This document shows positions 18,410 through 25,919 of a stretch of DNA of 44,836 bases, piece by piece. Numbering within the stretch: position 1 is the first letter of the stretch; each line of letters begins with the position of its first letter. The stretch lies in the IMG/VR virus record IMGVR_UViG_3300031910_000015, positions 1 to 44,836 of that record. The stretch is one strand, 5' to 3'. Below the pieces are notes generated by a model, which was not told where the DNA came from, made no database searches, and saw nothing but the letters and a program-made list of their open reading frames with translations. Both the position numbers and the translations under genes were made by a program. The stretch is from a virus. Taxonomy: Duplodnaviria > Caudoviricetes.

Positions 18410-18667
18410 TCACTCGACCAATTCCGCCTCGAAGCTCATGAGGCAAGTTGTGATCAGATCGTCGCCTACGTCATGTACGATGGCGAACCAGTCTGAGGTC
18501 TTGCCCAGACGTTCCAGTTCGTCTCTGAGTTCCCATGCCGTGGGCCCATCGTCGCCCCAGTCTTCATCCAGCGACTTGAAAACTGCGACCACCTCGACGA
18601 TTGGATCTGTGCCCATGGCCTCAGGGTCGATCACCCGTAGCTGATCGCCAGGGCGCGGTGTCTTCAT
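18410..18667 (-). CDS. hypothetical acidic protein
   Basis: GAAGG upstream; operon packing. Confidence 0.6.
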   Translation of the reverse strand: MKTPRPGDQLRVIDPEAMGTDPIVEVVAVFKSLDEDWGDDGPTAWELRDELERLGKTSDWFAIVHDVGDDLITTCLMSFEAELVE

Positions 18668-18959
18668 CCTTCACCACCTCGACGTCATCGAACTGCCAGA
18701 TGAACTGAGGCTCAGGGTCGTACCATTCCGGAGCCGGAGTGTTGTTATGCGAGGCAAAATGATCCGTCTCGCCGTCCTTGAACCTGACGGTCAAGTTCGG
18801 CGGAATCATGTAGCCTTGGCCGGTGTCGTCATCGACGTCACCATCGCAGTCGGTGATGCTCTCGGCGATTCCTACTTGCTCGGGATCGTCACCGACCTTG
18901 ATGGTGTCGCCTACTTTGAATGGCGTCTCGCGCCAGTCCCAGTAGATGTCGTCACTCAC
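18621..18959 (-). CDS. hypothetical acidic protein
   Basis: GTG start (MSDDIYW) after GAGGAG. Confidence 0.6.
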   Translation of the reverse strand: MSDDIYWDWRETPFKVGDTIKVGDDPEQVGIAESITDCDGDVDDDTGQGYMIPPNLTVRFKDGETDHFASHNNTPAPEWYDPEPQFIWQFDDVEVVKDEDTAPWRSATGDRP

Positions 18960-19131
18960 TTTTGCGCTCCTCGCGCTCGACGATGAAGCTCGTTGCTCCG
19001 AGTTCCAGTGCCGCCTTCTGGAGCTTGGCGACCTGCGCATCGGTATGCTCGACACGCTTGATCATCACCTTCTCCGTGTCCGGTGGGACGATGGTCGGCC
19101 CTTGATTGAAGACGATAGTGATGTAGAACAT
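18952..19131 (-). CDS. 59-aa hypothetical protein (not in the ORF track)
   Basis: MFYITIVFNQGP...; start-associated motif. Confidence 0.65.
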   Translation of the reverse strand: MFYITIVFNQGPTIVPPDTEKVMIKRVEHTDAQVAKLQKAALELGATSFIVEREERKSE

Positions 19132-19323
19132 GTACCCTCCTTACGGTTTTGGTGACCAGATGATCACCGGGCCATCTCGCTGCCAGACTCGAACTGGCAT
19201 GGATCCTTACGAGATGACCCGCTGCTCACCTCTGTATGTTCACGAAGCAACCGGGCCTACATGGTTCACCCGGTCTTGCTCCACAGATCGAGCAAGGCAG
19301 CCTGATGTAGCCCTTGGGCTTGT

Positions 19324-19443
19324 TCACTGCCGTCGGTTGGTCTTTTTGATCTCTTTCTTCACTCTGTGCCAATGCTTCTCCTTGAATGAGAGGAAAAATC
19401 CGATGGAGATGACGGTGCCGACGATGTCGAGCACGTAGCTCAT
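19324..19443 (-). CDS. 39-aa single-TM peptide with basic tail (not in the ORF track)
   Basis: MSYVLDIVGTVISIGFFLSFKEKHWHRVKKEIKKTNRRQ; ATGA coupling. Confidence 0.55.
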   Translation of the reverse strand: MSYVLDIVGTVISIGFFLSFKEKHWHRVKKEIKKTNRRQ

Positions 19444-19682
19444 GTCTTCACCACCTTGTCAACCTGGATCCGAAAGCGGTTGCCTTCGGCGTCATCCACG
19501 ATGGCGATCATGCCGCTGCCTCGACTGCAGGCAGATACAGGCGTCAACGCCAATCCATGGCTGACGTAACCGGGGCTTGTCAGCAAGATCATCATTTGAG
19601 CTTCGGCATCTGTCTTGGGGACAAACGTCGGAAGATCAGACATGATCCGTGTAGCAAGCTCCTTGGCTTCCTGCTCTTCCAT
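19440..19682 (-). CDS. hypothetical protein
   Basis: MEEQEAK after the start-associated motif. Confidence 0.65.
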   Translation of the reverse strand: MEEQEAKELATRIMSDLPTFVPKTDAEAQMMILLTSPGYVSHGLALTPVSACSRGSGMIAIVDDAEGNRFRIQVDKVVKT

Positions 19683-19750
19683 GTACCCTCCTTTCATGGT
19701 GCTCTCATGAGCACCGGAACGCCCATCTCGGTTGATGGGCGAACCGCTAC

Positions 19751-20098
19751 TCATTGCATTGACAGAATGAAGATCTGCCATTCGGGCGGTTGTATGACGA
19801 TGATCGTGCCGCCCGGCTCGTAGTGCCACATCATGGCAAGCTCGGTGATGATGCGAGCCTCGGCTTCATCTTGCGCCCAGACATCGATTTCCTCGATGCT
19901 ACGGAACTCGATGCGCGGCCCATTCTCAGGGTCGCCTGGGTCATACGGGTCGTAGCCGATGTATGCTGTCCACGGCTTGCACCGATCCATGTAGGCGACG
20001 GACGCCTTGTCGATGAACTCGTAGCCGTTTTTGCCGGTCTGGATGATCTCGCAGATCGGCCTGCCGTCGATCTTCGGCTCTTGAGTCGGCTTGCTCAC
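19751..20098 (-). CDS. hypothetical protein
   Basis: GTGA coupling with the upstream gene. Confidence 0.6.
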   Translation of the reverse strand: MSKPTQEPKIDGRPICEIIQTGKNGYEFIDKASVAYMDRCKPWTAYIGYDPYDPGDPENGPRIEFRSIEEIDVWAQDEAEARIITELAMMWHYEPGGTIIVIQPPEWQIFILSMQ

Positions 20099-20385
20099 AG
20101 CGTTCGCCCCAGATGGTAAATGGCGCTGAACATCTGTTTGTCGTTCGCCAGACCCTTGTTCGGCAGATGCGAGCCCTCGATGACGTACCGAGGATCGAGC
20201 AGCTGATTGGGAATCGACCAGCGCCTGATGGTAGCGCCCATGGACTTTGCAATCCGAGCAACCGCGTCTCGATTGGCGCGATTGGCGTAGGACTGCTCCA
20301 TCGGCCCCCAGCCCGCTTGGCAGATGCGCTCCGCCAGCTTGAAAATGGTCTCGTCGTCCAAGACCACCTTGGCAAGGTTTTCCAT
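20095..20385 (-). CDS. hypothetical protein
   Basis: MENLAK after the start-associated motif. Confidence 0.65.
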   Translation of the reverse strand: MENLAKVVLDDETIFKLAERICQAGWGPMEQSYANRANRDAVARIAKSMGATIRRWSIPNQLLDPRYVIEGSHLPNKGLANDKQMFSAIYHLGRTL

Positions 20386-20455
20386 GTACCCTCCTTTTTG
20401 GTGTTGGCAGCGAATGCTACCCGAAGCCCGGACTCGGTTATCCGGGCAACGGCTA

Positions 20456-20722
20456 TCATCGGCTCCAGTAATTCGGCAAACTGCCGGCAACTGCCTGACA
20501 AGACTGGCGGTCATATTCATACATGCTCAGATCGCCTTGGTTCGTTGCTCGGTTGAGGATGTCCTCACAGTGTTGCTCGAATGCCGGGATGTTGAACTTC
20601 CCGGTTACATACCGAACCGTTGGGGTTGGTGTTGTCGCTTGCGTCGGCGTTGTCGCTTGGGCTACGTTGACGCCGATAGCTATGGCGAGTGCTGCCAATA
20701 TGATCGCAAACAGAACTTTCAT
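20456..20722 (-). CDS. small secreted protein with signal peptide, Thr/Pro linker and Cys pair
   Basis: MKVLFAIILAALAIAIGVNVAQA signal-peptide pattern; TTPTQATTPTPT linker. Confidence 0.7.
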   Translation of the reverse strand: MKVLFAIILAALAIAIGVNVAQATTPTQATTPTPTVRYVTGKFNIPAFEQHCEDILNRATNQGDLSMYEYDRQSCQAVAGSLPNYWSR

Positions 20723-20802
20723 GTACCCTCCTTCTGGGTGTTGTCTTCCGACCGGCTATGCGCTTTGCTGCGCACACCCGGCCGGGCAACTTTTGATTGC
20801 CC

Positions 20803-21224
20803 GACCCCCGAAAGGAGAGGGTACGTTGTCTCGTGTCACCCATTGTCGTTGTATTCCTGGCAACCTACGGTTGCTCTCATGGGCTCAAGACGGTTGGCCT
20901 TGACCGGAGGGCCATTATGCTCGGGCTCTTATTGACGTATGGGCCGTAGGCGTCATACGCGCGCACAACGAGCATGTGTTGACGTCTCTCGGTTGTACCG
21001 CCTAGTTCAGATTGGTACTACGCCAGGTTGACTTCGTTTGGAGATTTCTTCCCGTCAACCTACGCTCGTGTTGACGCGTGGGTCAGGTTTCCCAATCTTC
21101 CCGTTGGCCTCGCGATTGCCCAGCCGCCGGTCGGTACGCCAAAGGACGTTGCCTAACGACTGGATCCGATTGGTAGCTCTTTGGTTTTCTCTCCAACTAC
21201 CCGGCTGACCCTCTTTCGGGGGTC
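20803..21224 (-). ncRNA. candidate large structured RNA (~420 nt)
   Basis: No convincing ORF; ends 20803-14 and 21213-24 are a perfect 12-bp inverted repeat; many internal stems. Confidence 0.5.
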
Positions 21225-21477
21225 AACCGGCTAGATGGCCGTAGCAGCGTCTTTTGCCCTGCTGTACCCAAACGGCGGCTTCCGCGCGGCAAAGCTCCTT
21301 GGTGTCCTTGTCGCGGTAGTTGCACACGCCCTTTTCGTAGATGACGTAGGTCGCGGAGGATTGCTCCAGGGATGCCGGTCGAGATTGGCCTCCGTCCCGC
21401 AGCCTTTTGACGTTCACCGGCCGCTTTTTTGGGCTCTTAGTTGTACCCTCCGGACGTACCATGTCCTGTTTTTCCAT
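21223..21477 (-). CDS. hypothetical basic protein with C-terminal Cys/His cluster
   Basis: AAAGGAGGTGA SD; C..C..C..H. Confidence 0.65.
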   Translation of the reverse strand: MEKQDMVRPEGTTKSPKKRPVNVKRLRDGGQSRPASLEQSSATYVIYEKGVCNYRDKDTKELCRAEAAVWVQQGKRRCYGHLAG

Positions 21478-21540
21478 TTTGCCTCACCTCCTTTCTACCT
21501 TCCTTATTCTAGCGGATCGCTGTTGTTGACGGGAGTTGGG

Positions 21541-21580
21541 GTAATAGGGAGGGGCGGCTTTCGCCGCCCTACCCTATTGC
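21541..21580 (-). terminator. long GC hairpin with GAAA loop after the HTH gene (terminator or processing site)
   Basis: About 18-bp interrupted stem, gtaatagggaggggcggc/gccgccctaccctattgc. Confidence 0.5.
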
Positions 21581-21581
21581 C

Positions 21582-21860
21582 CTAGCTCCGGGCGAGGAGC
21601 GCGCCCGTCCCGAGCGCGGTAGTCCCCTTGCCGGTGTAGATGACGTCGCCCTTTTCGAGTTCGAGCTTCTTGACGCGCCCGACCGAGATGCCGTAGGCGA
21701 CCGCGATCCGCTCGTACCGGACGCCCTTGGCGCGGTGCTTCCGGACGCGCGAGGCAGTTGGGTTCTCGCCCGCGGGTACGCGGAGCGCCTTCGGTGAGCC
21801 CGACTCCAACTCGTCCTGGTAGAACGAGATGGGCAGTCGGATGACTTTCTTCTTGGCCAT
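21582..21860 (-). CDS. HTH DNA-binding protein, paralogue of 13421-13885
   Basis: VRYERIAVAYGISVGRVKKL..IYTGKG; AAGGAGG SD; TACAAT upstream at about 21939-44. Confidence 0.7.
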   Translation of the reverse strand: MAKKKVIRLPISFYQDELESGSPKALRVPAGENPTASRVRKHRAKGVRYERIAVAYGISVGRVKKLELEKGDVIYTGKGTTALGTGALLARS

Positions 21861-22156
21861 TTTGGCCTCCTTCCGGGCACGCGCGCGTCGCGCGGGCCCA
21901 TTCTCCGGCTCGGGGCTCATCCCCGGCCGCGTAAGTCAATTGTAGCGCGCGGCCGTGGGGCGTGGGTGCGAAGGGTGGAGTCGAGATCGGTGGGGTGGGG
22001 GCGGTGCGTCGCCTGAGGAGAGAACGCACGTGGGTGAGACCACACCGCGAACGCAGGCGGAGAGCCGAATCGCGACCGCGCGAGCCCATCCGCGACCTCG
22101 AAAAAGAAACTCTCGCGGGACTCCGGATGAACTAGTGGTCATCTCAATGGTATGCA

Positions 22157-22296
22157 CAATTTCATGCCTAAGCACACCCAATTCCTACAAAAAAAACACC
22201 AGATTTCCAGGAAAAACTCAATTTTCAGAAAATTTCACACAATTTTCCATTCGTTCGCCACAATTCGGCCCAATTCGGCCCAAAAATCCCCAATTC
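22157..22296. other. phased A/T tracts (predicted bent DNA) at the strand switch
   Basis: AATT or A-tracts about every 10 bp, including the tandem CAATTCGGCC x2 at 22261-22280. Confidence 0.75.
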
Positions 22297-22505
22297 CCTC
22301 GCGCGCGCGTACGGAGGGAAACGCCCGCCTCCCCATCCACCTCTCTAAGCATGAAAACGCACGTTTGTATCGCTCTACCTACGCGCGAAGCATAATTGAA
22401 TACGGTATACTCGCGTAGAGCCGAAGCACCGTGCACTTCGGCCCACCCGGCGCCACCACCGCCCGTGCGCCAGCCTCTCCCTACGCGCGAGACAAGGACA
22501 AAACA

Positions 22506-22817
22506 ATGAATGCTAAGGAGCGCAGCACCAAGAACATCGTCCAGAACGTGGTAAATGACGGCAACAAGCGCCTCGACGCAGCAGCCGCCAAGCTAGGTCT
22601 GCCCATGGATGGCAGCGGCCCAGCCCCAGATAGCAAGATTGCGCCCTGGCGCGATGAAGAGGAGCGCGAGACTATGTGTGCTGAGTATGAAGCCATGGTC
22701 GCCAGGTACATCTTCTTCGGATGGGAGCTACGGCGGCTGAGCAAGTTCCACCCGACGCCAGCCCAGCGTGCAGTTCGGCAGCTGATGCAGGAGCAGCAAG
22801 CGCAGCCGTCCGACTGA
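22506..22817 (+). CDS. hypothetical protein, first gene of the right arm
   Basis: AAGGA SD before MNAKERS. Confidence 0.65.
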   Translation: MNAKERSTKNIVQNVVNDGNKRLDAAAAKLGLPMDGSGPAPDSKIAPWRDEEERETMCAEYEAMVARYIFFGWELRRLSKFHPTPAQRAVRQLMQEQQAQPSD

Positions 22818-22850
22818 CGCGCTAGACTCGCGCTCGAAAGGAGGTGTGCT

Positions 22851-22994
22851 ATGCCAGCAAGAAGCCAAGCGCAGCGCCGCTGGGCCTACGGCGTCAAGGG
22901 CGCCAAGTGGGCCCGCAGACACCACTTCAATAACAAGGGCAAGCTGCCGGCGCGCGTAAAGAAGCGCAAAACAACTAGAAGGAGACGCAAGTAA
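22851..22994 (+). CDS. 47-aa highly basic protein (not in the ORF track)
   Basis: AAAGGAGGTG SD; MPARSQAQRRWAYG...LPARVKKRKTTRRRRK; TAATG coupling. Confidence 0.7.
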   Translation: MPARSQAQRRWAYGVKGAKWARRHHFNNKGKLPARVKKRKTTRRRRK

Positions 22995-23809
22995 TGCCAT
23001 ACAACCGCTTCCGAGCGCTGGGCGCGTTCGTGTACACGGCCGAAAACCTGACCGATGCCCAGCTGAACAGCTTCCGGGCCATTGGCGGCAGCTGGATCTG
23101 TCCTGTGATCTACGGCGACGACGCGGCAGGCCCCTGGAATGTCAAGAACCTGACCAGGCTACAGAATCGAGCCCAAACCATCGGGCTCGAAGTCGCCGGT
23201 TGGTTCAACGTCACGAACGACAAGCCAGTCGGCACGGACGTGACCAACATCGCCAAGATCGTCAAGAACTACCATCTTCCACTAGCTATCGTGGATGCGG
23301 AACTCGCGTACCAGTACCCAGCGCCAGGCTGCATGGTGCTGCCGGAGTTGATGCAAAAGCTCCGCGCCCAGCTGCCAACGACAGACCTGATGCTCTCCTC
23401 TCTCGGCCCGAATGACGCCTACATCTACAACGGCAAGACGCTGACGCCCCAAAGGAGTATGTACGACCTCGGCTGGCGCCACGCGCCGCAGTGGTACAGC
23501 GGCTACTACAACCGAGACGGCAACACCACTCCGCAGGCGCGCATGAAGTGGCTAAAGGAGAATGCCTCCAAGAACGAGAACATCCGCGACGCAACAGCAC
23601 CGAACGGCAGAGGCCTGCCGCTCAGCTACATCCACCCGACGACCGAGGCCACCGGGATGGAGAACAGTAACCTCCAGCAAGAATTGGAGGACATCAAACA
23701 GAGCCAGCTTTACGGCATGACGGCCGGGATCAGCTACTACACGCTGGAGAAGGCACCGCCGTCCGACATGCAGCTTCTACGCAAGTACAAGGGGGTGCTG
23801 TACATTTGA
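22994..23809 (+). CDS. putative glycoside-hydrolase-like TIM-barrel protein (possible endolysin)
   Basis: GLEVAGW, IVDAE, APQWY, GISYY motifs resemble GH25/GH18-like barrels. Confidence 0.5.
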   Translation: MPYNRFRALGAFVYTAENLTDAQLNSFRAIGGSWICPVIYGDDAAGPWNVKNLTRLQNRAQTIGLEVAGWFNVTNDKPVGTDVTNIAKIVKNYHLPLAIVDAELAYQYPAPGCMVLPELMQKLRAQLPTTDLMLSSLGPNDAYIYNGKTLTPQRSMYDLGWRHAPQWYSGYYNRDGNTTPQARMKWLKENASKNENIRDATAPNGRGLPLSYIHPTTEATGMENSNLQQELEDIKQSQLYGMTAGISYYTLEKAPPSDMQLLRKYKGVLYI

Positions 23810-23997
23810 GCTGGCAAGTTGTCATCCTGATCCTGGGCATCTTTTGGATCGTGCCATTCATGTACGTGACGCGCTGGATCTTCATGGCACGTATGTACCG
23901 GCGTGCGAGCCTCAACCGCGAGCAGGACACAGTACTGGCCGATTTGGAGCCCTATTCGCATGAAGAGCCGACCAAGCGCTTTCCTGCAGAGGGCTAG
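23806..23997 (+). CDS. single-TM membrane protein (possible holin/lysis accessory)
   Basis: Hydrophobic N-terminus; TTGA overlap. Confidence 0.55.
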   Translation: MSWQVVILILGIFWIVPFMYVTRWIFMARMYRRASLNREQDTVLADLEPYSHEEPTKRFPAEG

Positions 23998-24022
23998 ACG
24001 CGGCCCAGTGATCGGGTATACT
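23995..24022 (+). promoter_or_regulatory. putative promoter
   Basis: TAGACG-16 nt-TATACT; same -35 hexamer as the 10487 candidate. Confidence 0.45.
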
Positions 24023-24109
24023 TCGACCCGCTCGGCTCAACGGGCAAGTGGTACCCTCCGGGGTGGGAGTCGTGAAGATGGGTTCCGGCTCCCACCCCAC
24101 CGGCAACGA

Positions 24110-24418
24110 ATGAACACGACCCATAAGTATCGAGCCTCCGTTGCCGGTGAAGACACCGAAGACTTGCATGCGCCCGATTGGTGCGCTATCTGCCGGCAGC
24201 ATTCGGCAATCTCTCACTACAACAATCGAAATGAACACAAGACAGGTACGCAGTTCGGATGGGTGGGAAGGCTGCTGGCGCTGGACATGGTAGTCGAGCG
24301 CGTCGCAGACTGGTACATGAACAACCCAGGAGCACCGATCCCGGTGCTGGAGCACCTGATGGAGGTCTATCACGATGGAGAACGTCCTGGCAATCATGGG
24401 CATCGACCCCGGCGGTAA
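24110..24418 (+). CDS. hypothetical protein with CxxC
   Basis: MNTTHKY...WCAICRQH; start uncertain. Confidence 0.5.
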   Translation: MNTTHKYRASVAGEDTEDLHAPDWCAICRQHSAISHYNNRNEHKTGTQFGWVGRLLALDMVVERVADWYMNNPGAPIPVLEHLMEVYHDGERPGNHGHRPRR

Positions 24419-24971
24419 GACCGGAGTCGCACAAGCTCTGTTCCACACCGACGAGCCGACAGTGGAACAGGCATTCAAGTCTGCTATGTACAAACAGTCC
24501 CATACGGTCGAGGGCCGTATCAGGGAGCAGATCATCGAACTGAATAACCGCTGGCGCCGCTTCTACCGTGAGATGGTCGGCATCGGCGTAGCTCCCAATA
24601 AGGTTTTGATGTGCGTGGAGGATTACATATCCACACCGGGTATCAAGGCAGACGATCCGCTGTCCCCGGTCAAGATCGGCTGGGGCCTGTACGGCATGCG
24701 GATCGGAGGATTGCACGAGTTCGAGCGCAACGCCTGGGGCCCAGCTGGCCCGGTCTTTGTTCACTGGCAACTTGCCGGCAATGTAATGGGCTTTGCAAAG
24801 AACGACCGATTGAAGCTCTGGGGCGTCTATCGCTCCGGCAAAGCCCATGAGTGCGATGCCTGGCGCCATGTTGCCTTCAGATTGGCCGAGCACTTCCGTC
24901 ACGCCCAGTCGCGGCCCGCGCCAGCGACCAGAACGCGCGTTCGCCACCGCAGAAACCTGCATCGCTCCTAG
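24375..24971 (+). CDS. RuvC-like Holliday junction resolvase
   Basis: IMGIDPGGKTGVA, CVED, HECDAWRH. Confidence 0.75.
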   Translation: MENVLAIMGIDPGGKTGVAQALFHTDEPTVEQAFKSAMYKQSHTVEGRIREQIIELNNRWRRFYREMVGIGVAPNKVLMCVEDYISTPGIKADDPLSPVKIGWGLYGMRIGGLHEFERNAWGPAGPVFVHWQLAGNVMGFAKNDRLKLWGVYRSGKAHECDAWRHVAFRLAEHFRHAQSRPAPATRTRVRHRRNLHRS

Positions 24972-25012
24972 CTTTCCACCAAACCTCCGGCTAGGGCGCT
25001 AAGCTCTCTGCC

Positions 25013-25222
25013 ATGCCGTACACTGGCCCCTACGTCCTGACGCCGATCCCGCCCGAGGTGCAGCCGTTCGCGGCGCAGACTTGGGAAGTGTGCGAACTTG
25101 GGCCGGGCCAAATCCCGCCGCCATTCGACGTGATGATCCCGAGGGAGTACGACGCTCGACGCGACGAGCTACCGATCCAAGGCCCATCCTTTACGGCCCG
25201 ACCACCCGAGCGACCCTGGTAA
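25013..25222 (+). CDS. hypothetical Pro-rich protein
   Basis: TAATG coupling to the next gene. Confidence 0.5.
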   Translation: MPYTGPYVLTPIPPEVQPFAAQTWEVCELGPGQIPPPFDVMIPREYDARRDELPIQGPSFTARPPERPW

Positions 25223-25908
25223 TGGCCAAGACCAAGCTCTACACGCCGTCTACTGATCGCAAGCTCATGGCAAAGAAGGCCAAGCGCGAGGAGCAACTGG
25301 CGAAGGACATGATCACTATTGCCGAAGGCGGTAAGTGTGAAGCCAAGACGACTCGTGGCACTTGCAGCCTTGTGGCGGGCTGGGGCACCAATCACCTGGG
25401 TCGTGGTCGCTGCAAGTGGCATGGTGGGATGCTCCCCAATCAGCGGAAGCACCTTCTGGCGGCAGAAGCACGTCTCATGGGATGCCCCATCGAGATGAAT
25501 CCGGTCGAGGCGATGATCTGGTGTATTCGGATTACTGCCGGCGAGATCAAATGGCTCTCAGATCAGATCGCCGACATCGACCAAGAAGAAGATTGGGTAG
25601 AGAACACGGTTATCGGGAAGCAGATGAACGTGTTCGTTCGCGAGCGCACCGCAGCGCAGCACCGCCTGTTCAAGTTCTCCTCCGAGGCTGTGAAGCTCGG
25701 ACTGGCGGAGCGCGCCATCAAACTCGCGGAAATGTATGGTGAGACCATCGCCGCCTTCATGCATGGAGTTCTGGACGACATCGACCTAACGCCCGCGCAG
25801 CAGCAGCAAGCGAAGGTCGCTGTGCGCCGGCACCTCATCCTTTTGGAGGGCGGACGCCCGATTCAAAAGGAGGACATCGAGGCGGTGGCGTTATCTCCAG
25901 CGTCATAG
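25222..25908 (+). CDS. terminase small subunit (HGGxSTG-like Zn motif)
   Basis: CEAKT..GTC...GRCKWHGG; directly upstream of TerL. Confidence 0.7.
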   Translation: MAKTKLYTPSTDRKLMAKKAKREEQLAKDMITIAEGGKCEAKTTRGTCSLVAGWGTNHLGRGRCKWHGGMLPNQRKHLLAAEARLMGCPIEMNPVEAMIWCIRITAGEIKWLSDQIADIDQEEDWVENTVIGKQMNVFVRERTAAQHRLFKFSSEAVKLGLAERAIKLAEMYGETIAAFMHGVLDDIDLTPAQQQQAKVAVRRHLILLEGGRPIQKEDIEAVALSPAS

Positions 25909-25919
25909 ACATCGAGAAC

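Larger units (their letters stand above)
12857..20733 (-). repeat. dispersed start-associated motif AAGGAGGGTACA (11 exact copies + 1 variant)
   Basis: Plus-strand TGTACCCTCCTT starts at 12857, 14531, 15345, 16049, 16795, 17995, 18338, 19131, 19682, 20385, 20722; variant GATACCCTCCTT at 13886; each abuts or overlaps a start codon. Confidence 0.95.

Noticed and set aside
15364-20452. Repeated hairpins as a CRISPR-like array or tRNAs
   Set aside because: They are separated by whole genes and are not identical; there is no cloverleaf or TTC loop, and the CC of the apparent CCA is paired in the stem
20803-21224. Group I/II intron, RNase P RNA, tmRNA or HEARO/omega RNA
   Set aside because: It does not interrupt a gene, and I could not find the diagnostic conserved motifs by eye; a covariance-model search is still needed
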